Source of the DNA: an uncultured Phycisphaeraceae bacterium
Lineage (GTDB): Bacteria; Planctomycetota; Phycisphaerae; Phycisphaerales; UBA1924
Length of the DNA stretch: 57,992 bases
Direction of reading: 5' to 3'
Assembly: GCA_964549785.1 (NCBI GenBank)
Contig: CAZJXA010000001.1
Location: 4,083 to 62,074 of the forward strand
In this document: positions 9,327 through 19,506 of the stretch, piece after piece
How positions within the stretch are numbered: position 1 is the first letter of the stretch
How the letters are laid out: every line of letters starts with the position of its first letter
Program-made: the position numbers and the translations under genes
The notes under the pieces: generated by a model
What the model saw: the letters and a program-made list of their open reading frames with translations, nothing else
Database searches by the model: none
What the model was told of the DNA's origin: nothing

Positions 9327-10859
9327 TCAGTTGCGGCGCTTGGCGGGGCGTTTCGGATCGTCGTCATTGTCTTTGTCCTTCTCATCGCTCAAGCGCTTGC
9401 TCGCCGCGCTGGCGGAGAACATCAGCGACTGCTCGGCGGCGACCGGGGGCTGGGGAGTGACGAACCAACCCCAGAACCCGGGCGAACCGTACGCGACCAC
9501 ATCGGTGGGTGGATGGAACTGGAACGCGAAGGGGACGACGCGATCGAGTTCGTCGTTGCTCCCGAAATATTTCCAGGGGCGTTCAACCTTTTGCGGACGG
9601 CTGCTGGTGCGGCGGAGATGGACGATATCAACCGGGATCCAGTTATAGGTATTGGCGGCCTCGTCATAGAGGTAAAACTCAACCCACGAACGCAGCCGGT
9701 TGTTCTTGGTGCCTTTGCCGAGGAACTTATCGTCGTCGACGCCCACGTCGTAGCCGATGATCGTCCGTGTGGGCAATCCGGCCATTCGGTAGAGCGAAGC
9801 GAGAAGTACGGTGAGGTCGTGTTCGGAACCCTTGCCTCTCACGAGCGTCTCGGCCGGGGCCTGCAGTTTGATGCCGGAGAGTTCTCCGGTGCGGTCGCGG
9901 AGCGTCAGGCCGTCACCTGAGGGCTGCACCACCTCCCACACCTTGGCCGCGATCATCTTCGCGAGCATGACCGGGGGCACTCTTCGAAGGTCGGTCACGC
10001 CCCAATCTTTCTTCCAGATCGTGAACGCGTTTTCGAGCGGGACGACGTCAAAGTTCCCGACGTTGCCCTTGTCGTCGAAGCCTTTGTCGACGAACATCTG
10101 CGGTATGAACGTCGATTGCGCCACGTCCGGCCAAGCGGCGGGCCAACCGATCTTCATGGCCGAGGCTTCATCGAACGCGGTCCGGAAAAGCGTGACGGGC
10201 ATCGTGACTTCAAGTTGCATCTGGCGGGCTTCCGCCGTGGCGCCGTTCTTGCCGGCATCCCACCGGCCCAGATCCGTGCCCCCGGGATAGTTCGCCAGGA
10301 CCGTCACTTGGTCGTCCACCACCACGTCGTCAAGCGTCAGGACCCCCCTCACACCCCGGGGCATCTCTCCGGGTTGGGCTGTTCGGGACGCCTCGGGCGT
10401 GCTGGAGGCGGTCTCGCCGATCATCGGGAAGACGACGCCCAGCGTGCTGTACGAAAACGGCGAGATCTTCGGCATTCTGACCGATTTCTTGCCGTCGGTG
10501 TGCGTTGTGGTTTGGGCCGGGGTGTCGGAATGTACGCGGATTGTGACTTTCAGCACCATCTCACGCTCCCGCTCCCGAACGATCAATTCGCCCAACTTCG
10601 GCGTGGGCGCGGCGGATTTTCCGCCGGGCATGGTCGCGGGTGTTGCAGGGATGGAGCCACCCGACGGCTTGGGTGGGCGTTTGCCCGCGGGTTGTCCGGG
10701 CTTCTGGCCGGGCTGCTGCGTCACCGGGGCTGTGGCGGGCGGCTTGACCGGATTGGTGGCGGGTTGGGTCGCGGTTTGCGACCACGCCAATCCGGGAACC
10801 AGTAGACCCGCGACGATGGCCAACGCCGCGACCGAGCATCGATGCTGTCCAGACTTCAT
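9327..10859 (-). CDS. secreted transglutaminase-like protein, catalytic residues apparently substituted
   Basis: ORF 9327..10886; ATG 10859 gives signal peptide MKSGQHRCSVAALAIVAGLLVPGLAWSQ. Pro/Thr-rich linker. C-terminal region ...LLASLYRMAGLPTRTIIGYDV...RSWVEFYLYD...NWIPVDI matches the transglutaminase-core layout. Confidence 0.7.
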   Translation of the reverse strand: MKSGQHRCSVAALAIVAGLLVPGLAWSQTATQPATNPVKPPATAPVTQQPGQKPGQPAGKRPPKPSGGSIPATPATMPGGKSAAPTPKLGELIVREREREMVLKVTIRVHSDTPAQTTTHTDGKKSVRMPKISPFSYSTLGVVFPMIGETASSTPEASRTAQPGEMPRGVRGVLTLDDVVVDDQVTVLANYPGGTDLGRWDAGKNGATAEARQMQLEVTMPVTLFRTAFDEASAMKIGWPAAWPDVAQSTFIPQMFVDKGFDDKGNVGNFDVVPLENAFTIWKKDWGVTDLRRVPPVMLAKMIAAKVWEVVQPSGDGLTLRDRTGELSGIKLQAPAETLVRGKGSEHDLTVLLASLYRMAGLPTRTIIGYDVGVDDDKFLGKGTKNNRLRSWVEFYLYDEAANTYNWIPVDIVHLRRTSSRPQKVERPWKYFGSNDELDRVVPFAFQFHPPTDVVAYGSPGFWGWFVTPQPPVAAEQSLMFSASAASKRLSDEKDKDNDDDPKRPAKRRN

Positions 10860-10978
10860 AAACCGTTCTCCACTCGTGACCGGCACCCTTGCGGGCCGGT
10901 CAAATTTGTATCAATTAAGGTTAGACTCCGGCGTAACCGGGGTGTTCCCGAGGCCGACGGTGCATGGGCCGCAGGGCC

Positions 10979-11953
10979 TCATCCGGTTGTCGCGACGCTG
11001 CCCGCCGCTCGGGATCGAACGCCGTCGATTACCTCCCGCACCTCGGCCGCCATGCGGGTGTTCGGGAAATCACGGACGATCTGCTCGCCCAGTTCGGCAG
11101 CCTCACGCCAACGCCGGTCCTGAACCGCGAGTTTAAACTTAGCACCCAGGTTCTCTCGGGCTTTACCGATCACGCCCCGTGCGAGTTCGCGCAACGGTTC
11201 GGCCTCCGAAGGAGAGAGGTGTTGATCGAGGTCTTTGAGAAGCGCCAGCGCGTCGTCGGCGCGGCCTTCCTGCGAGGCGACCAGGAACTGGCGTTCGATC
11301 TCGGACTTGTACGATCCCCTGGCGTGCGCGACGCGGGCCCGCAGGGCTTCGACGCGAGGCGAATCGGGGTAGAGACGCTGGATCCGGGCGGCATCTGCGG
11401 CGGCCTCGTCCCAGCGGCGCTGGATGATCAGGCCGTCGAGATATCCGACCGCGTCGGCAACCTGGGCTTCGAGGGTCGCGGCCCGGGCTGAATCAATCCG
11501 CTGCCGGAACTCTTCGGCGTCGATGCGGAACCCGAAACGATCGGCCAGCTCCTTGACAAGGACCATCGCCGCGTCCCAATGCTGGTTGTTGATGTCCTCC
11601 TCGATGGCGAGCCGCAGGAGATCGCGCTCGCCCTGGCGGTTGAGAACGCGTCGGGCATCATCGGAGAGGGCGGCCTGATCTCCCAGCATCCTGACGCTGC
11701 GGACCAATTCATCCATTTTGGAGGCGAGCAGGCGCTGCGCGGGATCGGTGAGCGTCATCGCCAGCACGAACGAGACCGGCGACATCGTGAGCACAAGGAG
11801 CACGCCGGTCACGCCGAGTTCGTATCGGCCCTTGAAGACCAGGACGAGCGACAGGCCCAGCGCCAGCGCGTAAAGCAGAACCAACAGCCACATGATCGTC
11901 CCTTTGCTCTTGGGACGCATCTTCACATCATCCGTGCCAGCTGGAATCCGCAT
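10979..11953 (-). CDS. membrane protein with two TM helices and helical-repeat (TPR-like) cytoplasmic domain
   Basis: ORF 10979..12007. Start uncertain (ATG 11953 or 11920). TM segments IMWLLVLLYALALGLSLVLVF and GVTGVLLVLTMSPVSFVLAM, then repeated W-EA helical pairs. Confidence 0.65.
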   Translation of the reverse strand: MRIPAGTDDVKMRPKSKGTIMWLLVLLYALALGLSLVLVFKGRYELGVTGVLLVLTMSPVSFVLAMTLTDPAQRLLASKMDELVRSVRMLGDQAALSDDARRVLNRQGERDLLRLAIEEDINNQHWDAAMVLVKELADRFGFRIDAEEFRQRIDSARAATLEAQVADAVGYLDGLIIQRRWDEAAADAARIQRLYPDSPRVEALRARVAHARGSYKSEIERQFLVASQEGRADDALALLKDLDQHLSPSEAEPLRELARGVIGKARENLGAKFKLAVQDRRWREAAELGEQIVRDFPNTRMAAEVREVIDGVRSRAAGSVATTG

Positions 11954-12052
11954 CGTGAGAGTTCCTGTTAGGGCCGCCGGCCCCGCCGTGGGGTAGCCCG
12001 GACCCATCGCAAACCTGGAAACACCGCATCAGTGTACTAACCTCACCGCACG

Positions 12053-12721
12053 ATGCACAAACACCCGGGAACGCCGACTCCGCACGTCCTGACCGAGCGG
12101 TTCACGCTCGGGCCGTTCCAGACGAATACCTATCTCATACGCACCGACGTTGGAAACGGCTGCTGGGTCATCGACCCGTCGTTTGGTCCGGCCCCGGTGA
12201 TTGACCGCATCAACGTGCTGAAACTGAAGCCGGAAGCGATTTTGCTCACCCACGCCCATATCGACCATATTGCCGGTCTGAGCGAGGTTTGCAAGGCTTT
12301 CCCCGGTACTCCGGTTTCCATTCATCACGCCGAGGCCGAATGGCTGCAAGACCCGGAACGGAACGGGTCCGCGTTCTTTGGAAACCCCGTGTCCTACCCG
12401 GCGCCTGATGCGATCCTTTCCGGGAGTGAGTCGCTGATGCTGGGCGGCTCGGAGTGGAAGACCTATCACGTGCCCGGCCACTCGCCTGGGAGTGTCGCGT
12501 TCTATTGCACAGCGGCCGGGCTCGCGGTGTCGGGCGATGCCCTGTTCGCCGGATCCATCGGCCGCACGGACCTTCCCGGCGGCGACCAGGAACAGTTGTT
12601 CGCGGCGATCCGGTCGACGCTGTACACGCTTCCGGGTCCGACCAGAATTCTCCCGGGCCACGGCCCCGAAACGACCGTGGACCGGGAGATGAAGTCGAAC
12701 CCTTTTGTGAGGGGGGCGTGA
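12053..12721 (+). CDS. MBL-fold metallo-hydrolase (glyoxalase II-like)
   Basis: LLTHAHIDHIAG (HxHxDH), ...YHVPGHSPGS..., ...GDALFAGSIGRTDLPGG.... Confidence 0.9.
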   Translation: MHKHPGTPTPHVLTERFTLGPFQTNTYLIRTDVGNGCWVIDPSFGPAPVIDRINVLKLKPEAILLTHAHIDHIAGLSEVCKAFPGTPVSIHHAEAEWLQDPERNGSAFFGNPVSYPAPDAILSGSESLMLGGSEWKTYHVPGHSPGSVAFYCTAAGLAVSGDALFAGSIGRTDLPGGDQEQLFAAIRSTLYTLPGPTRILPGHGPETTVDREMKSNPFVRGA

Positions 12722-12756
12722 TGGCCTCGCCCGGCGCATAGCCGCCGAGAACGCGG

Positions 12757-13293
12757 TCACAGGGCGCTGGGCATGCCGAAGCAGCGGCGCCAGGCGCTGA
12801 CCTGTCCCAGGTGCATCATGACGTGGTTGTTGAGCAGGAAGTTGACGCTCATCCCGACCATCGGGAAGGCGGCCCGCGTTTTTTCGTCGGCGGTTTCGCG
12901 CAGGAGGGCGGCGTCATCCAATTGCGAGATGGCATCGAGGGCGACGTCGGTGGCCTTGAAGAACTGGGAGGCGACCACGTCGAGCTTGGGATAGATCGTC
13001 CCCTTTTCGTCGTCCTTGCAAACCGAGGCGACGTCGAATAGTGCGGTCCAGTCGTTCGGACAGGTGGCCCCGCCGGCGTTGAGCCCGAGCCGTTCCATCG
13101 CCATGGCCGGGTAGAGAGCGAGATGCCCGCAGACCCACACCGGATGATTGGTATCAATCACGGTGGCGGCTCCGGCCGTTTCAAACCGCGGCTTGCGGGC
13201 CGCCTGCTCGGGCCGGACGCCCGCCAAGAGCTTTTCGGAATAGCCGCGGGAGCGACGGGCCCCCGCCACGATGATGTCGATGAAGTGTCCCAT
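12757..13293 (-). CDS. DinB-family (four-helix bundle) protein
   Basis: ORF 12757..13329; ATG 13293 (MGHFIDIIVAGAR...). Length and the His-containing helices (HPVWVCGHLA, NNHVMMHLGQ) fit DinB/DUF1993-like proteins. Confidence 0.65.
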   Translation of the reverse strand: MGHFIDIIVAGARRSRGYSEKLLAGVRPEQAARKPRFETAGAATVIDTNHPVWVCGHLALYPAMAMERLGLNAGGATCPNDWTALFDVASVCKDDEKGTIYPKLDVVASQFFKATDVALDAISQLDDAALLRETADEKTRAAFPMVGMSVNFLLNNHVMMHLGQVSAWRRCFGMPSAL

Positions 13294-13464
13294 GAAATCC
13301 GTTCCTTTCAATCTTGAGTTCCAACCCACGCCGATCGATCATAACGACCACCGTTCCCAAGGCCGATCGCCCTCTGCCGACGACCTCCGCCAGACGTCTC
13401 GATTCTTCCGTCCTTCTTGACTTTGTCCTTGTTCGTATTCCTCTGCGTCACGGGGTTTTCATCG

Positions 13465-16400
13465 CTACAACTCGGGCGCAAAGCCCCGGCGCAGGGTGTT
13501 CTCGCAACTGGCCCGCGGCTCGACGAACTGGTAAAGGTAGTCCTTTCCGCCCGCTTTGCTGCCTACGCCCGACATCCCAAAGCCGCCGAAGGGTTGCCGA
13601 CCCACGAGCGCGCCGGTGATTCCACGGTTGATATAAAGATTGCCCACGCGGAACTCGCGCTTTGCTTTCTCAATGTGGGCCGGCTTGCGGGTGAAGACCC
13701 CGCCCGTCAGTTTGTAGACGCTGCCGTTCGCGATCCGTAACGCCTCCTCGAAACTGGAGGCGTGCATGATCGCGACCACGGGGCCGAAAATTTCCTCGCG
13801 AGCGATCACGTGCTCGGGTTTGACCCCGCTGAAAATGTGCGGACCCACGAACGACCGCCCCAGCGCGGCCTCCAGGCCTGCCGGAACCGGCATTGCGAGT
13901 TCGAGCGTGCATTCACGCCGGCCCTTTTCGATAAACCCCGCGATGGTGTTCTTCGCCTCGATATCGATAACCGGGCCGATGTCGGTCCCCGGCTTGGCCG
14001 GGTCGCCGAGCACCAGTGCTTTAGTCGCTTCGACAAAGCGACGCGTAAACGCGCTGATCGCCGCGGCTCGCGGGCCGTCAGGATCGACGACGATCAGGCG
14101 TGAACAGGCCGAACACTTCTGCCCCTGAAAACCGAAGGCCGATTGCCGGGCGGCCATCACCGCCTCATCCAGGTCGGCGGACTGGTCGATGATGAGGGCA
14201 TTTTTGCCGCCCATCTCGCAGATCACTCGCTTGACGAACGGCTGAGCCTCCGGCGTCCTTCCCGCGGCTTCCAAAATGTTCAGCCCAACGGCCTTGCTGC
14301 CGGTGAACGCGATCAGCGCGATGCGGGCGTCCCGCACCAGGGCTGCGCCGGTGGTCTCGCCGGGTGACGGACAGAACTGGAGGACGCCGGGCGGGGCGTC
14401 GTGCTCCTTCAGGGCCTGCTGGAAAATGTCGTTCAGCACACTGGCGATGCCCGGGGTCTGTTCTGCGGGCTTCATCACGACCGTGTTCCCCGTGACGAGC
14501 GCGGCCGCCGTCATGCCGCACAGGATCGCGAGAGGGAAGTTCCAGGGGGCGATCACCACCGCCACACCCCGGGCCTGGTACCACTGCTCGTCAAGTTCTC
14601 CGATGAACTTCCCCATGCGTTCGCGCTCGAACATCGGGACCGCCAGCCGCGCGTAATAGTCGCAGAAATCGATCGCTTCGCAGACATCGGCGTCGGCCTC
14701 GCGCCAGGTTTTGCCCGCCTCCTTGATCATCACGCCCGCCAGGCCATCGCGCTGGTCGCGCATCAGGTCGGCGGCCCGCGTCAAGACGCCTGAGCGGAGC
14801 CGTGGGTTGGCGTCGCGCCACGTTTGGAAGGCCATTTCGGCGGAAGCCACCAGCCGCCCAGCCTGTTCGGGCGTTCGGTCATTGGCGACCTTGGGCACGG
14901 TGGCGCGCTGGACCGCCGCGGCGAACGCGGCCCTTTGAGCTCCGTCCGCAAAATCGCGCATCGGCTCGGTATAAAAAGGTTTTCCGTCGCCCACTCCCTC
15001 GACGGCGGGCGTCAGCATGTGACGGTCGGCCTGTTCGGGCGGCAGGGGAGCGTCGGGGACGCCCGCTCCCGGCACCTTGAGAAGCGTCCCGGCGTCGGCG
15101 TTATCCATGAACCCGGCTTTCAGCCAACTCTCGTTGCTGGTGTTCTCGAGGAGACGCCGCACGAGGTAGGCCATACCCGGGATCATCTCGCCCACGGGCA
15201 CATACTCGCGGATCCGAAGGCCCATTTCCGCCGCAGCGAACTTCAGCTGGTCGGCCATGCCGTGAAGCATCTGCAACTCGATGGCGTTGAGCGGGAGGTT
15301 CCGGCGTTCCAAGCCCGCGACCACTGCGGCGATCGAGCGGACGTTGTGCGAGCCCAATGCGAGTTTGACGCCGCTGGGCCGGGGCCCGCCCGTCGCGATA
15401 TCGCCGCGTCCCCGCGCGGCCGGGGCGGTGGGGCAGGCGTCGAGGAAGATCGCGGCCATCTGCTCGAAGCATCGGTCGGTCATCCACTTGCGGGGCCACA
15501 CCGGGGAGGGCCAGCCGTGCATCTCGCTCTTGATAGTTTCGGCGTCCCAGTAGGCGCCTTTGACGAGTCGGACGGTGATGAGCTTGCCGCGGCGGGCCGC
15601 CCACTCGCACATTTTGACGGCGTCGGCGGGGCCGCTGCGCAGGTACGCCTGCATGGCGAGTCCGGCTTGAAAATCAATCTTCTCGACGCACCGCTGGAAG
15701 AGTTCGAGCGTGAAATCCTTGAGGCCGAAGTGCTCCATGTCGAAGTTGACGAAGACGCCCCGGTCGCGGGCGGTTTCGAGGATCGGGAGCATCCGCTTCA
15801 TCAGGTCGTTGATCGAGCCCTCGGTGTCGATGGGATCGCAACGGGCGGAGAGGGCGGAGATTTTGACTGAAACGTTGGTCCGCGGGATCGGGCCGAGGTG
15901 GTCGTTCTCGAGCGTGGGCTGGCTCTTCCACGAGGCGACGGACTTCGGCAGATTGTTAATGAGATCGAGGTATTTCTTGGCGTAGCCGTCCGCTTCCTCA
16001 TCGCTCAGGCAGGTCTCACCCAGCAGGTCGACGCTGAAGGCGATTCCTCCATCCCACATCTCTTTGAGCCCGGGCAACGCGCTCGCGGCATCGGTTCCGG
16101 CGATGAACTTGCCCGCCATTCCCGTGATCTGTCCCGAGATGGTCTTGGCCGCCATGCCCTTGGCGATCGCGCCGGCCTTGAGTGCGGCGGCGATGACGGG
16201 GGGAACGGTCACGCCTGGTTGCGAGAGGTAATCGCTGAGGTGCTCGAAGACGGCCTCGGGCGTCCGCAACATCGGGAAGGCATCGACAAACCGGAACATC
16301 TGGACCTTGAACTCGTGGTCCTTCATCGACCACTCCATCAACGCGTCGCTGTAGAACCGGGCGGAGAGAATCCCGGTCTTGTGGCCGCGGGCCCGCCGCA

Positions 16401-16536
16401 GCATCTCGGAACCGATCTCGAATGTTCGGCCCTCGATGCTGTCGCCGGAAGGGACCGCGATGGGGCTTGGTCCTTGACCCACTGCTGGCACGACGATCGT
16501 GTCCGCCCGCTTGTGCTTCTTCGAGAATAAACCCAT
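13465..16536 (-). CDS. putA: bifunctional proline dehydrogenase / L-glutamate-gamma-semialdehyde (P5C) dehydrogenase PutA
   Basis: Real start ATG 16536 (MGLFSKKHK...). The ORF-track ORF runs on to 17559 antisense to ribF. The N-terminal half has a PRODH barrel. The C-terminal half is an aldehyde dehydrogenase (VICEMGGKNA, ...FGFQGQKCSACSR...). Confidence 0.92.
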   Translation of the reverse strand: MGLFSKKHKRADTIVVPAVGQGPSPIAVPSGDSIEGRTFEIGSEMLRRARGHKTGILSARFYSDALMEWSMKDHEFKVQMFRFVDAFPMLRTPEAVFEHLSDYLSQPGVTVPPVIAAALKAGAIAKGMAAKTISGQITGMAGKFIAGTDAASALPGLKEMWDGGIAFSVDLLGETCLSDEEADGYAKKYLDLINNLPKSVASWKSQPTLENDHLGPIPRTNVSVKISALSARCDPIDTEGSINDLMKRMLPILETARDRGVFVNFDMEHFGLKDFTLELFQRCVEKIDFQAGLAMQAYLRSGPADAVKMCEWAARRGKLITVRLVKGAYWDAETIKSEMHGWPSPVWPRKWMTDRCFEQMAAIFLDACPTAPAARGRGDIATGGPRPSGVKLALGSHNVRSIAAVVAGLERRNLPLNAIELQMLHGMADQLKFAAAEMGLRIREYVPVGEMIPGMAYLVRRLLENTSNESWLKAGFMDNADAGTLLKVPGAGVPDAPLPPEQADRHMLTPAVEGVGDGKPFYTEPMRDFADGAQRAAFAAAVQRATVPKVANDRTPEQAGRLVASAEMAFQTWRDANPRLRSGVLTRAADLMRDQRDGLAGVMIKEAGKTWREADADVCEAIDFCDYYARLAVPMFERERMGKFIGELDEQWYQARGVAVVIAPWNFPLAILCGMTAAALVTGNTVVMKPAEQTPGIASVLNDIFQQALKEHDAPPGVLQFCPSPGETTGAALVRDARIALIAFTGSKAVGLNILEAAGRTPEAQPFVKRVICEMGGKNALIIDQSADLDEAVMAARQSAFGFQGQKCSACSRLIVVDPDGPRAAAISAFTRRFVEATKALVLGDPAKPGTDIGPVIDIEAKNTIAGFIEKGRRECTLELAMPVPAGLEAALGRSFVGPHIFSGVKPEHVIAREEIFGPVVAIMHASSFEEALRIANGSVYKLTGGVFTRKPAHIEKAKREFRVGNLYINRGITGALVGRQPFGGFGMSGVGSKAGGKDYLYQFVEPRASCENTLRRGFAPEL

Positions 16537-16644
16537 CGAACGTGCTCCACATTCCGAAACGCGCCATCGGCCGCTGCGGATCGAGTTCATCATAGGTACG
16601 GCCGCATTCTGACCCGCCATGCCGGCACGCCGCCCGAGAGTGCG

Positions 16645-17601
16645 ATGCGGCTGGTCGAGGTGCGGACGTTCGCGGCTTTCTATCGTTCTCCCATGCACGC
16701 GGTCACGATCGGCAACTTTGACGGCGTTCACCTCGGGCACCAGGCGTTGGTCGCCCGGGCCCGCCGACACGCGGGTTCCGGCGGAACGGTCACGGCGCTG
16801 TGCTTTGATCCGCACCCGCTCGAACGCATCCGTCCGGAGCGGGCTCCGCAGCGGCTGACGACGTTCGGGCAGCGGGAGCGATGGCTCCGCGATGCGGGCG
16901 CCGACAAGGTCATTCGGCTGGAGCCGGACCCCGCCCTCTTGAACGAATCGCCCGCTCAGTTTGTGGAATGGCTCGCCCGCGAGCACGGGCCCGACGCGGT
17001 CGTCGAGGGCCAAGACTTCTGCTTCGGCAAGGGGCGCTCGGGCACCGTCGAGACGCTGTGTTCTCTCGGCGCGGCCTTCGGCTTCGCCGTCGATATCGTC
17101 GCGCCGGTCGAGGTCACGCTTGACGACCACTCGGTTGTTCGCGCCTCGAGCAGTCTCACGCGTTGGTTGCTGGCGCACGGGCGCGTGGGCGATGCCGCGT
17201 CCGTACTGGGACGCCCGTACACGCTCGTCGGGACGGTGGTGCAGGGCGACCGCCGGGGCCGCACGATCGGGTTCCCGACGGCCAACCTCGCGTGTGACGT
17301 CACGCCGCCAGCGGACGGGGTCTACGCGTGCGTCGCGACGCTCCCCGGGGGCGATTCCTACTCGGCGGCGATGAACATCGGCACGCGGCCGACGTTCAAG
17401 GGAATCGAGCGGCGGGTCGAGGTTCACCTCTTGGACGCGGCGGCGGCGGGCGATGCACTGACGGGCCTCCCGGAATACGGGTGGGAACTCACGGTGGAAG
17501 TGCACGCGTGGCTGCGCGACCAACTGCGTTTCGCGGGTGTGGAGGCGTTGACCGCCCAACTACAACGCGACATCGGGCGGGTGCGAGAGGCGTTGCGATG
17601 A
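16645..17601 (+). CDS. ribF: bifunctional riboflavin kinase / FMN adenylyltransferase
   Basis: VTIGNFDGVHLGHQALV (nucleotidyltransferase), ...GDRRGRTIGFPTANL... and ...RVEVHLLD... (kinase). Confidence 0.92.
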   Translation: MRLVEVRTFAAFYRSPMHAVTIGNFDGVHLGHQALVARARRHAGSGGTVTALCFDPHPLERIRPERAPQRLTTFGQRERWLRDAGADKVIRLEPDPALLNESPAQFVEWLAREHGPDAVVEGQDFCFGKGRSGTVETLCSLGAAFGFAVDIVAPVEVTLDDHSVVRASSSLTRWLLAHGRVGDAASVLGRPYTLVGTVVQGDRRGRTIGFPTANLACDVTPPADGVYACVATLPGGDSYSAAMNIGTRPTFKGIERRVEVHLLDAAAAGDALTGLPEYGWELTVEVHAWLRDQLRFAGVEALTAQLQRDIGRVREALR

Positions 17602-17634
17602 CGGCGATGCGGCGTTTCTGAGTCCGGAGGACGA

Positions 17635-18330
17635 CTAGTGAAAGGCTTGCCTGACCATTCGAGCAACAGTGGGGGCGCGATCTGGATATCGCGCTGCATA
17701 CTCATCCGCGAGCGAGAGACGTTCCCTGTCATGAAGGACGCCCAATGCGAGCCGGCAACGCATCAACAGCAGTTCATGGACCGACGAGTCCCACGAGTCG
17801 ATGCTCATCCCGGCCGGAGGGGACTCCATCTCCGGAAAACCAGATGCCGCGGACATGAGCGTCCAGAGCTCGTCGGCTTCATCAAGCAAACTCTCGGCAT
17901 CAGCCCTTGGAGGCTCGACGCCCGCAGCGAGGAGGCGCTGGACCAGCAATCCGCGCCGGAAAGTTAGAAAGGTGGCCGCCGGGAGAATGTCGGAGCATTG
18001 ATTGAGGAAAGTCATTTTCTCGACGCGACCGATGCCGGGGTGTCGAAGACACAGCGAAACGAAGTGATCGTGCACCCCGGGTTTCGAGGGAAGCCGACGG
18101 ATGATCCGTACAACATCGTCCGGCCAAGCGGCGCCGCCTTCGCGCAAGCGACATTTCAGGAGGCTTGACAGGTACGCGTTCGGTTCCCAGTCGTAGCTTT
18201 CACGACGCCCCGCATCCCGCGAGGGCGCGCTCGCCCCTTTCGCGAGTTCGATGAGGGCGACCAGTTTTCGCGCCTGTTCGTCGTCATCGGCCTCGGTCGT
18301 GGCGATGACGTGGTACAGGACGAGGCTCAT
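17635..18330 (-). CDS. hypothetical protein, last gene of the lysW-lysX-lysY string
   Basis: ORF 17635..18423; start re-picked at ATG 18330 (MSLVLYHVIATTE...) to avoid overlap with argC/lysY. No recognisable motif. Confidence 0.5.
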   Translation of the reverse strand: MSLVLYHVIATTEADDDEQARKLVALIELAKGASAPSRDAGRRESYDWEPNAYLSSLLKCRLREGGAAWPDDVVRIIRRLPSKPGVHDHFVSLCLRHPGIGRVEKMTFLNQCSDILPAATFLTFRRGLLVQRLLAAGVEPPRADAESLLDEADELWTLMSAASGFPEMESPPAGMSIDSWDSSVHELLLMRCRLALGVLHDRERLSLADEYAARYPDRAPTVARMVRQAFH

Positions 18331-18382
18331 GCTGGTATTTCCCGGATCAGCGACCGCTTCATCCAAGGTTGGGAGTGTCGCG

Positions 18383-19408
18383 TCAGGGGTGCAGGCCGCC
18401 GAAGCGGAGCCCCGTCGTCTCATCGAATCCGCACATGAGGTTCATGCACTGGATCGCGCTCCCGGCCGCGCCCTTCATCAGGTTGTCGATCGCGCTCAAG
18501 ACGACGATGCGTCCGGATTCCGGGTCGATCTCGAAGCCGATATCGCAGTGGTTGGTTCCGGCCAGCAGCTTTGGTTCCGGGTAGCGATGAATGCCCGAGC
18601 GGTCCTTCACCAACCGGATGAACGGTTCCTGCCCGTACGCGGCCCGATAGAGTGACCAGACGTCTTTATCAGAGAGTGTCTTCGTGGGTTCGACATGCAG
18701 CGTCGCGAGGACGCCCCGCACAAGTTCGACGGAAGTGATCGAAAGGTGGCAGGGGAAGTCGCCGAGTTCCTGCCGCACCTCGGCCGCGTGTCGGTGCCCC
18801 GTGGGAGCGAACGACCGCACGACCCCGCTGCGCTCCGGGTGGTGGCTGCTGGCCGATGGCTCAGCGCCCGCCTCGGAGGACCCGACCTTGACATCGGCCA
18901 CCACGGAGCGGATGAGGCCGGCCCGGGCGAGAGGTGCAAGGCCGAGATTGACGGCCGTCGCGTTACAGCCCACGCCGCTCGCAAACTTCGCTCCCTTCAG
19001 GCCATCGCGGTGGAACTCCGGGAGGCCGTAGGTGAATCGGTCGAGCCACTCGGGGGCCGGATGGGGCGTTCCGTACCACTTCGCGTACACCGCCGGATCG
19101 TGCAGGCGAAAGTCGGCGGATAGATCGATGACGCGCTCGGCGACGGCCGCGAAGCGTCCGATCTGCTTGGAGGCCTCGCCGTGCGGCAGGCAAAGGAAGA
19201 GCAGGTCGCACCGCTCGATCGCGTCCGGCGCGGTGAACTGCAGCTTCGTTCGCCCCCGCAGGTTTGGATGTACCGAATGAACGAAGACACCCAGCCGGCT
19301 GCGCGACGTCGCGTGCACAACCTCGGCGTCGGGGTGGTCGAGCAGCAGACGCAGCAACTCGCCGCCGGTGTATCCGGATGCTCCGACAATCGAAACTTTC
19401 ACCGTCAT
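18383..19408 (-). CDS. argC: N-acetyl-gamma-glutamyl-phosphate reductase family ([LysW]-aminoadipate/glutamate semialdehyde-forming reductase, LysY/ArgC)
   Basis: ATG 19408 (MTVKVSIVGASGYTGGELLRLL: Rossmann). Catalytic-Cys region SGVGCNATA. Sits directly downstream of lysX. Confidence 0.9.
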   Translation of the reverse strand: MTVKVSIVGASGYTGGELLRLLLDHPDAEVVHATSRSRLGVFVHSVHPNLRGRTKLQFTAPDAIERCDLLFLCLPHGEASKQIGRFAAVAERVIDLSADFRLHDPAVYAKWYGTPHPAPEWLDRFTYGLPEFHRDGLKGAKFASGVGCNATAVNLGLAPLARAGLIRSVVADVKVGSSEAGAEPSASSHHPERSGVVRSFAPTGHRHAAEVRQELGDFPCHLSITSVELVRGVLATLHVEPTKTLSDKDVWSLYRAAYGQEPFIRLVKDRSGIHRYPEPKLLAGTNHCDIGFEIDPESGRIVVLSAIDNLMKGAAGSAIQCMNLMCGFDETTGLRFGGLHP

Positions 19409-19506
19409 CGAAGTCCTCCGCCCATCGGCTGCCGCGCCATGCCAATCACTCGGATTCTCCGCAGCTTGGTTCGTCGTCGCGAAACTCACTCAAAGACCCT
19501 GCAACG

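Noticed and set aside
16537-17559. N-terminal 341-codon extension of the 1364-aa ORF 13465..17559(-), which would make a giant PutA
   Set aside because: The extension runs antisense through the well-supported ribF gene and is Arg/Pro/Ala-rich low-complexity sequence typical of open antisense frames in GC-rich DNA. PutA homology begins at MGLFSKKHK (ATG 16536).
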